Assembly: GCF_036365525.1 (NCBI RefSeq)
Contig: NC_090376.1
Location: forward strand, 92,361,914 to 92,425,913
Length of the DNA: 64,000 nucleotides
Origin: Heterodontus francisci
Taxonomy: Eukaryota
Reading direction: 5' to 3'
Below, piece after piece: positions 23,460-36,140 of this stretch. The notes beneath the pieces were generated by a model, which was not told where the DNA came from, made no database searches, and saw only the letters and a list, made by a program, of their open reading frames with translations. Numbering within the stretch: the first letter of the stretch is position 1; each line of letters starts with the position of its first letter. The position numbers were made by a program, and so were the translations under genes.

Positions 23460-25551
23460 ATGCCTGAGCGACACGAACGGGCAGAACAGGAAGGTGAGAA
23501 TGCTCTGAATGATAACGTCGAGAAATGGCCTTATTGAAGACGGGCAGTGGCACGTCATCGCATTCTCAGGACAAGGACAAATTACCTTCAAATGTCAGAG
23601 AAGCAATGACAGAGACACCTAAGGATGTCATGTGAAATGGTCACAGAAATTTGTAGGATCCTGCAGTATGACCTGCAGCCGCTCAGCTTCAATGGGAATC
23701 TCATGCCAGTTGCCCTCAAGATGACTGCTGCACTCAATGTTTTCCTCCAGCGGCTCCTTCCAGACATGCACGAGCGACATGTATGGTATCTTGACCCACA
23801 GGTGCATCAAAGAGGTGACCAGTGCCTTTTTTCGATGTGCCAATGATTTCATCTACTTACCTGTAGACGAGGACAGCCAGGCAGCAAGATCTGCAGTCTT
23901 CGGCACCAACACTGGGTTCCCTAGAGTGCAAGGGGTGATCGACTGTATCCATGTGGCCATTAGAGCTCTCTGAAACATACAAAATAGGAGCAGGCCATTC
24001 AGCCCTTCGGGCTTGCCCCGCCATTTAAAAAAGATCATGGCTGATAGTCTAATTCAGTATCCTGTTCCCGCTTTCTCCCCATATCCCTTGATCCCTTTGG
24101 CATTAAGAAATATATCTATCTCCTTCTTGAATATATTTAATGACCTGACCTCCATGCCTTCTGCGGTGGAGAATTCCACAGGCACACCACCCTCTGAGTG
24201 AAGAAATTTCTCCTCATCTTGGTTCTAAATGGCATACCCCGTAACCCGAGACTGTGACCCCTGGTTCTGGACTCCCCAGCCATCGGGAACATCCTCCCTG
24301 CATCTAGCCTGTCTAGTCCTGTTAGAATTTTATAGGTTTCTATGAGATCCCTTATCATTCTTCCAAACTCTAGTGAATATAAGCCTAGTCGACCCAATCT
24401 TTCCTCATATGTCAATCCTGCCATCCCAGGAATCAGCCTAGTAAATCATCTTTGCATTCCCTGCATGGCAAGAACATCCTTCCTCAGATAAGGAGACCAA
24501 AACTGCACACAATACTCCAGATGTGGTCCCACCAAGGCCCTGTATAACTGCTGTAAGACATCCTTGCTCCTGTACTCAAATCCTCTTGCAATGAAGGCCA
24601 ACATACCATTCGCCTTCCTAACTGCTTGCTGCATCTGAATGCTTTCAGCGACTGGTGTACAAGGACCCCCAGGTCTTGTTGCACCTCCCCCTTTCCCAAT
24701 CTATTACCATTCAGATAATCTGCCTTTCTGCTTTTACAACCAAAGTGCATAACTTCACATCTATCCACGTTACACTGCATCTGCCATGCATTTGCCCACT
24801 CACCCAACTTGTCCAAATCACATTGGAGCCTCTTTGCATCCTCCTCACAGCTCACAGTGCCCCCCAGCTTTATGTCATCTGCGAACTTGGAAATGTTACA
24901 TTTAGTTCCCGTGCCCAAGTCATTAATATATATGGGACCAGCCTGCTGTCTTTGTCAATTGCAAAGGCTTCCACTCTTTAAACATACAGTTGGTTTGCGA
25001 CCACAGGAGAAGAATCATGCATGTTTGCGCACGTTTCCCATGGAGCGGCCATGATTCCTACATTTTGAGGAACTGCCAGCTGCCAGCAGTTTTCAAGGAA
25101 CCAGCCGGTGGACAGATGGATCCTGGGTGACAAGGGCTACCACCTTTGTACATGGTTGATGATACCTCTACATCATCCCCAAAGTGCTGCTGAAGAGAGG
25201 TACAATGTCGCTCATGCATCCACCAGTGCCATCATTAAACACATCATTGCCATTCTGAAAATGCGAATTTGTTGCCTTGACCGGTCTGAAGGAGCTCTTC
25301 AGTACATGCCACAGAGGGCGTCACGAGTGATCGTTGTCTGCTGCGCCTTGCACAACCTTGCAATTAGACGCGGCAACATTCTGCAGGCGGAGGAACAGGA
25401 GGCACATCAGTCTTCCTCAGATGAGGATGACTATGAAGAGGGTGAGGAGGAGAAGGACAACAATGACAATGATGCTGTCATCGATATGAGAGCCATGGAG
25501 AGACATGCAGATATCAGGGAGAACCTCATTTATGCACATTTCAGCCAATAA
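23460..25551 (+). pseudogene. Harbinger (HARBI1-like) DDE transposase, split by a CR1 at 23971-24932
   Basis: GFPRVQGVIDCIHVAIRA | WDQPAVFVNCKGFHSLNIQLVCD ... WILGDKGY ... VIVVCCALHNLA, followed by an acidic tail. Frameshifted; the expected third catalytic E position reads K (IIKHII). Confidence 0.88.
23971..24932 (-). mobile_element. CR1 3' fragment nested in the Harbinger transposase
   Basis: KFADDIKLGG, HLEYCVQFWSPY and RRNFFTQRVV motifs. Confidence 0.9.
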
Positions 25552-25989
25552 GCCACATTATCAAGGAACGTTGGGAGGAGAAACATAACACTTCCCCACA
25601 GAAATTCCCTTGTGCATGAGGTCTTATTCATGGCATTTGAAATCATCTATGGGCTGCAATGAATGCGACTACATACCACTGCAAGCAGCATTAAGTTATA
25701 ACTATAGAAAACAAAAGCAAGATATGACAGTATTGGAAAAAGTTATTAATCATCAATAGGAAACAACCATCATTGATGAGTGAAGGCTCAAATTCCAATG
25801 AGATATGGACACTGGACATTTCCTGAGAGGCTTTGCAAACATCATTGCGTTTCTGCCATGGAATGGCAGGTTTATGTCCTGGTAGCCATCTGTAACGGAG
25901 AGTGGATCAAATTTTGCATGAAATAAAAATGTTTCAATACATCTTTGCAATCGTGACAATATGTACAGCACTGTGCCACCTTCGTGATC

Positions 25990-27385
25990 AAGACTGTTTC
26001 AATTTCCTTTTTCTCCCACTCTGTCTAGGTGCTACCCCGAAATTAGCAGCTAAGGTGCAGCCAGTTTGCTCATTGTGCTGCCCCGTTGCTGTGGATGACT
26101 ATGGCGGGTGTCCACTGGGGGAACGGGGCGTTGATGGCACCATCCTACAGGGGGTCTGCAGCACTGGTGCTTGAGTATCCCCTGTGTGCTCGCCTGCTGG
26201 AGGTAAGGGGGTTAATGTCGGGGAAGAGGACGTGACGCCGCTTACTGTGGGAATGTCCTGAGAGGAAGGCCCCAGGGAAGCTGGCACACGTTCATCCTTC
26301 ATCTGGGTGCACAATGGCACCTGCCTGTCTCCCTAAGGGGAAGGAGCACCTGGAGGGAAGTCCTTGTCCCCCTCTCGTTTAGACTGTGCTGCATGGACCC
26401 CACAGCAACAGTGATAGAGTGCAGGTCAAATTGCATACGACTCAAGTACTCAACCAGACTCGCCACAGAGCTCAACAAACTCTTGACTGGGGAAGCCATA
26501 CACTCCAATTCCTTGCACTCATCAGGACAATATGCAAGAATAACCAATGTAGGGGAAAACAACATATACTGCATGAGAAGAGAGTGTTGATGAGTGCAAG
26601 ATGAAAAGCTTTGACAACATGTCTCTATTGTCAACCATTTGCAAGTTCTGTACTACCAAATTACAATTAATTTCCTTCAGTTTTGACTTATGGCTGCAAG
26701 AGCAGAGATGCTATTTCATCCTTACACCTTGTGGCTCCTACTTTGCCATCGCGGCTCGCCCTGCTTTCCCCCCTCTCTCGTGATCTCTGAAGCCTCCTCC
26801 TCAGCTGTGGTCAGCAGCCTGATGTCAGGGCCCCCTCCTCCCGTCTTACCACACACACTGGTTGTGGCTTAGTTTCTCCTGCAACAGACACTGCAGATTT
26901 AATGACGTGGTAAATTGGTAAATGATGCATCACAACCATTGCATGCGTGCATCAACATCACTAGTTCTGCACTGGCTTTTGCACAACACATCCAATCACA
27001 TTAACAATGCCAATCTTAATCATTTAGTAAATGGCATCAAGGCTGCTCATGCTGCATTCAGTTGCATTCCTTGCATACCCTCTGCCTTAAAGATACCTAG
27101 CCATGGAAGAAATCAATGGAGCAGCCTTGCCAGGACTGCTTACCCTTGCTGATCTGAGCAAGTCATTGATACAGTTGCGGCACTGTACCAATGTTCTAAA
27201 AGTTACCCCACTGTTCAAGACCTTCTCCGCTACCTCCATCCAGGCCACCCTGTTGAGGTGGGAGGGTCTTCTGACTCCATCTGTAGGAAAGATCACCTCC
27301 CGACTTTCCCTAACGGCTGGAGGAGAACCTGCAGGGAGGTATCACTGAACCTTAGGGCGGGACGCTGCCTGCTGCTGTCATGTCA
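25990..27385 (-). pseudogene. Harbinger Myb/SANT-like DNA-binding protein gene, multi-exon and decayed
   Basis: RFSDTSLQVLL...EVIFPTDGVRRPSHLNRVAWMEVAEKV...RTLVQCRNCINDLLRSAR, followed by a GTAAG donor. Confidence 0.75.
26513..26665. mobile_element. Short inverted Penelope-like terminal fragment with hammerhead remnants
   Basis: Homologous to 46545-46690. Minus strand GTCCTGATGAGTGCAA; plus strand TTGATGAGTGCAAGATGAAAAGCTTTGAC. Confidence 0.65.
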
Positions 27386-27775
27386 TTTACTTTGGCTGTA
27401 GGAAAAATAAATGATATTAAGTTGGTGGTGAGTTTCACAAAATAAGGGAGACAAAAACATTTTGATTTAAGTGAAAGCTTCAACTAAGTTATTCTGAAGA
27501 TACTTACCTGAAAGGAAGGCTGCTGCTTCTTGATGCTGCAAGCACAGAATGTTTTATATTTGTGGTAATCATGGTGCTTGGGGCAGTGACGGCGGGTTCC
27601 ACCAATGAAAGGCTGCCCCCAGCCGCATGATCCCACGTGTTTCCTGTGCCTGTCGCCGCATGGCTAATTTAAATACAAAATCATGTAGGAAATGGGATTT
27701 TCAGTGGGAGTGGAAGTTACAACAACTTCTGTTCCCGCCGTCTGGAATGCTGTGGCAATGATAAGATTCCACCCC

Positions 27776-28361
27776 TTGTTTTTGTATTCATTGACCCTAT
27801 TTACAAAGCCATGGATCTGGTATGCCTTATTCACAGCCTTTTCCAATTTTTTCTGCCACTTTCAAAGACTTGTGTCCGCATACCCCCAAGACTCTTTACC
27901 TTGTACTCCCCTCAAAATAATACCATTTAGATTATACTGCCTCTCCATGGTTCCTCCCAAAGATCATCACTTCACTGCATGAAATTGCATCTAGCATGTG
28001 TTTGCCCATTTCATCAGTCTGTCTATTCCCTCCTGAAGTCTGCTACTATCATCCTCACTGTTTACTGTGTTGCCAAGTTTTGTATCATCCGCAAAGTAGG
28101 AAATTGTACTCCCTATATCTAAGTCCAGGTTGTTTATACATAACATAAAAGAAATGTTTCTAATACTGATTCCTGAAGGACCCCACTGCATACTTCTCTC
28201 CAGTTAAAAGTTAGGAAAACAACCATTCACCACTACTCTCTGCGTCCTATCCCTGAGTGAATTACTTACCCAAGTTACTTCCATCCCTTTAATCCCAGGT
28301 GCTTTTATTTTGGAAATACATCTGTTATGTAGTACTTTATCAAATACTTTTTGAAAATCCA
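27776..28361 (-). mobile_element. CR1 RT fragment (continuation of 20185-20751)
   Basis: YFADDTKLG and EKAVNKAYQIHGFVNR motifs. Confidence 0.85.
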
Positions 28362-30360
28362 TGGCCACAAAATTTGACTCCATAGCACCCGTAGTTTCAG
28401 TGCTGTGGGTGCTGTTTTAGTTTCATACAGGCGCGTTTTGGGAAGGTCAGTAGCATGGCATTAAAAGCGTGCACTGGAAGTATACAAAATTGGCAGATTG
28501 TAGTATCAGTCAATGTATAGTGCTGATTTAAAGCCAGCGCTGCCATTTTCGGCTTCGCCATTCCAGCTAATGCCCCTTTTAAACACACACAGCTGAACAT
28601 GTATTCAGCAGCAGGAGGGACCCCTCACCAACATTATTTAAAGAGATCGTCACCCACTCTCATGTTCGTTGCTGATTAATTTCTGATGGCTCCAACTTGA
28701 GTTTGTGAAGTGCTTGGTAGTTTCTAGAGTTGCTTAAAGTTGGTGACGTTGACAGGGTGTGGTGCTGCATGTTAGAGAAGGCCTTGGTTCTGGTCAGACC
28801 GCTTGCTTCCAGTTATAGTTACCATTCCCCTTGGTCTGCAGCATGAGAGGGAGATTGTGCAGAAGCAGCATGGATGAGAAGAAGCTGTTCACAGAGAGCA
28901 TAGTGGGAGGAGGGCTCTCAACAGGAGGCCTTATCCACCTAGGATCTTCCAGAAGCATTTCTCTTACCTGCATCCTCAGAGCAGGGCAAGGGCAGCACTG
29001 CCAGTGGCTATGAAGATGACCATTGCCTTGATCTTTTCCACGTCAGGATCCTTCCAGGCTGGAGTAGGCAACATTTGTAATGTCTCTCAGTTCTCCATCC
29101 ACTGCTGCTAAAGGGAGGACATTGACCCTCTTTATTGCCAAGAGAGGGAAGCACATTATGTTTTCTCTGACTAGAGAGAAGCAGGTGGAGCAAGCATGTT
29201 GCTTTGCTGGGATAGTGGGCTTTCCCAAGGTGCAGGGTGCCATTGTGTGCATTGATTGCACACATGTGGCTTTCCAGGTGCCGCATCTAAATGCAGAGAG
29301 ATACCACAACTGCAAAGGGTTCCACTTCCTGAATATACAGTCAGTGTGTGGTCATGCTTAGCAACATTATGCAGGTGAATGCCCACTATCCTGGTAGCAG
29401 TCATTGCATTTATTCTATGCCAGTCCATTGTTCCCTCAGTATTTGAACCACCACATCAGACCAGAGGGTGGCGACTGGGCAGTGAGGGCTATCCGCTTAA
29501 CACCTGGCTCATGACACTCATGTGCAACCCAACCACACATCGCCAGCATGCATATAATTGAGAACCATGCTGCCATGCGAAACATCATAGAGTAGACCAT
29601 TTGGATGCTCAAACGATGATTCCACTGCCTGGACCACTCTGGAAAAACCCTGCATTACTTGCCAGAGCCTCTCCCAATTTCTCGTGGTCTGCTGTGTCCT
29701 GCATAACCTTGCCACCAGGGATACGACGAGAAGCTCAGGAAGTGGAGAAGCAGGAGAAAGTTTTTTTTTTAGTGATACAGCACTGAAACAGGCCCTTCGG
29801 CCCACCGAGTCTGTGCCGACCATCAACCACCCATTTATACTAATCCTACACTAATTCCATATTCCTACCACATCCCCACCTGTCCCTATATTTCCCTACC
29901 ACCTACCTATACTAGGGGCAATTTATAATGGCCAATTAACCTATCAACCTGCAAGTCTTTGGCATGTGGGAGGAAACCGGAGCACCCGGAGGAAACCCAC
30001 GCAGACACAGGGAGAACTTGCAAACTCCACACAGGCAGTACCCAGAATTGAACCCGGGTCGCTGGAGCTGTGAGGCTGCGGTGCTAACCACTGCGCCACT
30101 GTGCCGCCCTAGGGAACCAACACATCCCCTTTATCAGGCTGTCCATATTCCACTGAATATGATACTAAATGCCCAATTTACAACAGTCATACACTTTACC
30201 ACCTTTTTGTTGTTGACCACTCCGGCTTCCTCTTGGCCGCAATGTTGAAATTAAAAGCTACCACAAAGCCACCTATCGAAACCAGATTCATGAAACAAAC
30301 CATCCAATATCCCATACAAAAGTCAACGAATCATCCTTGTGTATTGCCTTAGTGTTGCCC
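28362..30360 (+). mobile_element. Decayed Harbinger element with transposase remnants (~28800-29750)
   Basis: FAGIVGFPKVQGAIVCIDCTHVAF, KGFHFLNIQSVC and GWRLGSEGYPLNTWLMT motifs. Confidence 0.8.
29761..30109 (-). mobile_element. V-SINE (HE1-like): tRNA head, V-domain and CR1-derived tail
   Basis: The minus strand starts GGGCGGCACAGTGGCGCAGTGGTTAGC, has B box GGTTCAATTC, V-domain GTGTGGAGTTTGCAAGTTCTCCCTGTGTCTGCGTGGGTTTCCTCCGGGTGCTCCGG, CR1 tail GGGCCGAAGGGCCTGTTTC, then poly-A. Confidence 0.9.
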
Positions 30361-30364
30361 TTAA

Positions 30365-30965
30365 ATGAAAGCAAAATACTGCAGATGCTGGGAATCTGAA
30401 ATAAAAACAAAATGCTGAAAATGCTTAGCAGGTCTGGCAGCATCTGTGGAGAGAGAAGCAGAGTTAACATTTCAGGTCTGTGACCTTTCATCAGAACTGG
30501 CAAAGATTAGAAATGTAATAGGTTTTAAGCAAGTAAAGAGGGGATGGGGGGGTGGGATAGGGGGAAGAGAACAAAAGGGAAGGTGTGTGATAGGACAGAG
30601 GGCTGGAGAGATAACTGACAAGAAGGTCGTGGGGCAAAGGCAAAGAATGTGTGCTAATGGTGTGGTGAAAGACAAAGCATTAGTGCAGAGAGAATGTTAA
30701 TGACAGAACAATGAACAGCCCTAGCTAAATGCACAAACACGAAAAACCCAGTTTAAGGCAGGCACATGGTAAAAAAATAAATAAAAAAGGGCCAGTCATG
30801 CTCTGAAAATATTGAACTCAATGTTCAGTCCGGAATGCTGTAGAGTGCCTAATTGGAAAATGAGGTGCTGTTCTTTGAGCTTGTGTTGATGTTCACTGGA
30901 ACACTGCAGCAGGCCAAAGACAGAAATGTGGGCATGAGAGCAGGGGGTGTCTGTTGAAATGGCAA
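30365..30965 (-). mobile_element. Penelope-like element 3' end (GIY-YIG C-terminus and pLTR)
   Basis: KLKEQHLIFQLGTLQHSGLNIEFNIFRA* followed by a pLTR containing a hammerhead core. Confidence 0.8.
30461..30500 (-). ncRNA. Minimal type I hammerhead ribozyme motif (Penelope-associated)
   Basis: CCAGTT-CTGATGA-A-AGGTC ACA GACCT-GAAA-TGTT-AACTC. Stem I AGTT/AACT, perfect 5-bp stem II, loopless stem III, GUU triplet. Confidence 0.7.
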
Positions 30966-31418
30966 ACTGCCCAGAATTTTGGCCAGCAATAACTTGTTGG
31001 TTGTGTGCTGTATATGTGAGGAGAAGAGCAGGTTGAGCCTGCAGACATTTGCAGCTCTGTATTATAAATATACCATTACTTGTCGCAGTGATGAATTTCA
31101 TGAGCCTGACTTTACTTCTGGAATCCAAGTAGAATAGAATCCTATTGTTCATTGCCTAATCACCTTAAATGTTTTAGGTTTGAATTTGCAGCTGAGAAGG
31201 TGTTGCTTATTAATTGCATTTTGTGAATTGCTATTTCCATTTTGTTAACAACGTGGATCTAAAATCCTAATTGCTTTCCTTTTTATGAAAAATTCTCCGT
31301 TTTTCAGTTTGGTCTTCAAGCAATAATTGTATTTACAAAAAAGACTTGATGTAGTTATACTGTTACTGGCATTGCTTCATTGTATGCAAACTGTTTGATA
31401 ACAGTTCTTTTTTTTTAG

Positions 31419-31519
31419 GGCCCCTTGGGTTTGCATGGATAAAACACTACTGTACCTACGACAAAGCAACAAAAGCATTCTCAATGACCTTATGTGAACC
31501 AAAGTCAGGGGGAAAATTG
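31419..31519 (+). CDS. ARHGAP42: ARHGAP42 coding exon (PH domain), 101 bp, phase 1/0
   Basis: Poly-T ag|...|gtaaat. Encodes (R)PLGFAWIKHYCTYDKATKAFSMTLCEPKSGGKL. Confidence 0.93.
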
Positions 31520-31609
31520 GTAAATTCAAAATTTTATTTGAAATAAGTGACCAAAAATTAACTTTTTCCTTACTATATTGTCAAGAGATAATCTGTGCCC
31601 ATCTTTCTC

Positions 31610-32735
31610 GCAATGCCGTGTTTGAACAACATTTAATCAGGTTTCAGCCCTACCACAGTACCTGAAACAGTCCTTTTGAAAGTCACATTTTTTGTCTTAT
31701 GTGACTGTGACCATGGTAAACTATCCCCTGTCATCCTTCCTAACTTGCCTGTGGCCTTTCACGTGATTGACCCCACCGTTCTCCTCCATTGTCCAGCTGG
31801 GTGGGACTGCCCTTGCCTGCTTTCATTCCTATCTAATCAGTCATAACCAGCATCACCTGCAATGGCTTTCCTTCTGTTCCTGCACCATTGCCTATGGAGT
31901 ATCCCAAGGATCTACCCTTGACCCCACTCCTTTTTCTCATTCACATGCTACACCTCAGCGACATCATCTGAAAACAAACCAGGTTCAAGATGTGCACTGC
32001 AACACCCTGCTCTATCTCACCAATACTTCTCTTGATTCTTCCACTACCTCAGATTTCTCACGTTGCTTGTCTTACATCCAGTATCAGATCAGTAGAAGTT
32101 TTGGCAATTAAATAATGGGAAGAACGAAGCCAGTATCTTTGGTCCCTCCCACAAACTGTTCCCAAGCCCGGTAACCGATTCCATCCCTTTCCCTGGCCAC
32201 TGTCTGAAGACTGAATCAGACTGTTTGCAACCTTGGTGTCCTATTTGAGCTTAACTGAGCTTCTGGCCCCATATCTTCTCCATCGCCAAGAGCACCTACT
32301 TTCACTTCCACAGAATTGCTTGTCTCTGCGCCTGCCTCAGCTCATCTGATGCTGAAGCCCTCATCCATGCCAATGTTACCTCTAGACTTGGTTTGTTCCA
32401 ATGCTGTCCTGACCAGCCTCCCATCAGCCCTAGAACCCTCCAAGATCACTGCGCTCTTCCAAATCAGGCCTCTTGCACATTCCTGATTTTCATCACCCCG
32501 CGATTCAGCTGCCTAGGCCCAAAACTCTGGAATTCCCTCCCTGAATACCTCTACCTCTCTATCACTCTCCAACTTTAAGTTGCTCCTTAAAATCTACCTT
32601 TTTGACCAAGCTTTTGGTCACCTGTCCTAATACTCCTTAAGTGGCTCAGTGTCAAATTTTGTTTGGTGACCTTGTGAAGCACCTTCAAATGTTATACTAC
32701 ATTAAAGATGCTATATAAATGCAAGTTGTTGCAAT
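31610..32735 (+). mobile_element. L2-clade LINE 3' fragment, degraded
   Basis: GVSQGSTLDP remnant, GPKLWNSLP, and an L2-type tail (gatgctatataaatgcaagttgttg). Confidence 0.75.
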
Positions 32736-33000
32736 GAAAACAAATATGCAAAGGAAGTTTTGTGGTTGCTTAACTTTTCTAGTTCCACTTTTAGTATTTG
32801 GTATTATAAGTGTATGTATTAAGCCTTTTCAACAGAATTAGGATTGTTGGATTTGTAATACATTGGAAAGGCAAGAACAATATAATCCTTTTGTTGGGAA
32901 ATATTGATTTACCTCAATCAATCCATCAAAAAATGGTTCAACTGAAATTGTGCTGTATTTATCGTAAAAATGTCTGACTTATTAATCTGTAATTAAATAG

Positions 33001-33107
33001 AATGGCCTTGTAACAGCTTCAGAAATGTTCAAACTGAAGTTTTGCATTCGAAGGAAGACGGATTCAATTGACAAACGCTTCTGTTTTGATATTGAAGTGG
33101 TGGAAAG
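33001..33107 (+). CDS. ARHGAP42: ARHGAP42 coding exon (PH domain), 107 bp, phase 0/2
   Basis: aaatag|...|gtgag. Encodes [35 protein letters not shown](R). Confidence 0.95.
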
Positions 33108-33309
33108 GTGAGTTAAATTTATGCTGGTCTAACTCCTTAGGTCAATAGGTGTAAATTTTTAATGCATATGAATTGCTGCATCGAAGCAAGCCATTCAGCT
33201 CAAGCAGTCCATGTTGGTGTTTGTTTTCCATTGAGCAGTAATTCTGCCTGTCCTGTTCCTATATCTTTTTATCCTTCTTTCCTTCAACCACTTATCTGAC
33301 CTATTGTTA

Positions 33310-36140
33310 AAAGTCAAACTAGACTCTGGGGTGGGACAAGTGGATCAAGCGTCAGTAGGGGAACATTTCGGGATCAGTGACCATAGTATCATAAGGGGGG
33401 AGTTTTATGCTCTCCTCCACTTCGAGTTTGGAGGTGGGAGAGCATAAAATTGGGCGGGATAGTCCCTTCCACCTTCCCACCTCCACCCAAATTAATTCTG
33501 GGGCGGGAAGGCCTGTGAACAGCCTTCTCACCCACTTAAGGGCCTCACCCTGCCGCTGCCGGAATTAGCCCAGTGCTGAACAGGCCTGTCACCGCACGAG
33601 GAGCACGCCAAGCAAACCTGCGTGGGTTGCTTGCTGGCTGTTGGAGGGTGGGGGGGGTGTCCCTTGTAAAAAGGAACAAAGGACCTGGAATCAGGAAGGG
33701 GAGGTCCTGCTAAGAGCGATCCCCCTCCTCCCCCTGTGAACCCCACCCTGCTAAACCCCTCCCACTGAGGCTTAACTGTGTCCTGCGTCCAGTGCCTTGG
33801 GTAAGTGCTGTACCAGCAGCAGCTACCACCTCTGTGGTGGCACTGCTCAGTGTAAGATTGACCGGCAGCTCTCAGCAGGCAGGATCTCCGCCGCCGAGGT
33901 CCTTGATCCTAGGGAAGACTCGTCACTGACCCTTTAAGTGCCTAATTGGCACTTGATTCAGCGGGTCTTCCCCAGAGGAGGTGACACGGGGCATTCTCCG
34001 GCACTTTGGCCGGTGGTCGAAATCCCCCATCGCTCGAATAAAATCCAGGCCAAGGCTTAAGTTAGCTATAAAAAAGGACAAAGCAGCAATCCTGAGTGGA
34101 AATATTTATTTGGGTGAGGGCCAGTTTCAATGGGGTGAAAACTGATCTAGTCCAAGTAAATTGGATTACAGGCAAAACTGTAATTGAACAATGGGCTGCC
34201 TCTAAAGAGGAGATATTTCAGGTACATTTGTGGTATATTCCCATGGGGGAAAGGTAGGACAAACAAATCCAGAGCTCCTTGGAAGACAAAAGAAATAGAA
34301 AGTAAGGAGACACAGAAAAAAGGTGTGTATGACAGATGTGAGATTGATAATACAATTGAAAACCAGGTTGAATATAAAAAGTTCAGACGGGAAGTGAGAA
34401 AAGAAATATGAGCAGCAAAGAGAGAGAATAAAAAGAGACTGACAGATAAAACGGACTCCATAAGTCATCTTTAGGCATATAAATAATAAAAGGGCAGTAA
34501 AAAAAGGGATAGGGCAAATTAGATAGTAAAAGGGTGGTAAAAAGAGAAGTAGACACAATTAGGAACCAAAGAGAGGACTTACACATGGAAACAGAAGGCA
34601 TGGTTGAGGTATTAAATGACTACTTTGCATGTGTCTTTACCAAGGAAGAAGATGCAGCCAAAGCCATAGTGAAAGAGGAGGTAGTTGAGACACTGGAAGT
34701 ATTAGAAAGGCTGGCTGTGCTTAAAGCTGATAAGTCACCAGGACCTGATGAGATGCTGAGGGAAGTAAGTTTTGTTCAAAAAAGGGTGCAAGGATAAGCC
34801 CAGCAAATACAGGTCAGTCAGTTTAACCTTGGTAATGGGAACGCTTTTAGAAACAATATTCAGAGACAAAATTAGCAATTGCTTGGACAAATGTGGATTA
34901 GTTAAGGAAAGCCAGCACGGATTCGTTGAGGGAAAATCATATTTAACTAATTTGATTGAGTTTTTCAATGAAGGAACAGAGAGGATTGCTGAAGGTAATG
35001 TGGTTGATGTGATGTACGTGGACTTCCAAAAGCTGTTTGATAAAGTGCCATATAATAGGCTTCTCAGCAAAGTTGAAGCCCATGGAATAAAAGGACAGTG
35101 ACAGCATGGACGTGATGTTGGCTGAATGACAGGGAACAGAGGATAGTGGTGAATAGTTGTTTTTTGGACTCAGGGAAGGTAAATAGTAGAGTTCCCCAGG
35201 AGCCGGTATTAGCACTGCTGCTTTTTTTGATCTATGTTAATGACCTACACTTGGGGACTTGGGTTTGCATGCCACAATTTCAAAATTTGCAGATGACACA
35301 AAACCTGGAAGTATTGTGAACTGAGAGAAGGATAGTGATAGACTTCAAGAGGACACAGACAGGCTGGTGGATTAGGCAGACTAATGACAGGTGAAATTTA
35401 ATGCAGAGAAGTGTGAAGTGATACATTTTGTTAGGAAGAACGAAGAAAGGCAATATAAAATAAAGGATACAATTCTGAAGAAGGTGCAGAAGATTGCAGG
35501 ATTGAGTAAATGGTTAATAAGGCACACAGGATTTTGGGCTTTATAAATAGAAGCAAAAAGTACAAAAGCAAGGAAGGTGCAGTGAACCTTTATGTAACAT
35601 TGGTTCATCCTCAACTGGAGTATTGTGTCCAATTCTGGGCACCACACTTTAGGAGGGATGTGAAGGCATTAGAGGGGGTGCAGGAAAGAATTATGAGAAT
35701 GGTTCCAGGGATAAGAGACTTCAGTTACGAGGATAGATTGATGAAGCTGGAGCTGTTCTCTTTAGAGAATAGAAGATTGAGAGGAGATTTAATAGAGTTG
35801 TTCAAAATCATGAGTCTGGAGAGAGTAGATAGGTGGAAATTGTTCCCATTCGCAGAAGGGTGGAGAACCAGAGAACACTGATTTAAGGTGATTGACAAAC
35901 GAAGCAATAGTGACATGAGGAAAAACTTTTCCAAACAGCGAGTGGCTAGGAACTGGAATGCACTGCCTGAGAGTGTGGTGGAGGTAGATTCAATAATGGC
36001 TTTCAAAAGAGAATTGTATAACTAAAGAGAAAAAATTTGCAGGGCCATGCAGGGGCGTGGGACTAGCTGAGTAGCTCTTACAGAGAGCTAGCGTGGACAC
36101 AACTGGCTAAATGACTTCCTTCTGTGCTGTAACCATTCTA
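33310..36140 (+). mobile_element. CR1 (APE end to 3'UTR), decayed and split by a MITE
   Basis: DKSPGPDEM, YVDFQKLFDKVPY, FADDTK and LEYCVQFWAPHF motifs. Confidence 0.9.
33396..34051. mobile_element. Harbinger-type MITE inserted in a CR1
   Basis: GGGGGAGTTTTAT ... ATAAAATCCAGGCC with a 3-bp duplication (AAG); the CR1 sequence rejoins across it. Confidence 0.7.

Larger units (their letters stand above)
20752..27775. mobile_element. PIF/Harbinger DNA transposon, near complete but decayed, with nested insertions
   Basis: TIRs GGGGTGAATTTTAT / ATAAGATTCCACCCC and 3-bp TSD TTG. Convergent transposase (+) and Myb/SANT (-) genes. Confidence 0.88.

Noticed and set aside
23460-25551. Domesticated host HARBI1 gene
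   Set aside because: It lies between TIRs with a TSD, is frameshifted, and is interrupted by a CR1.
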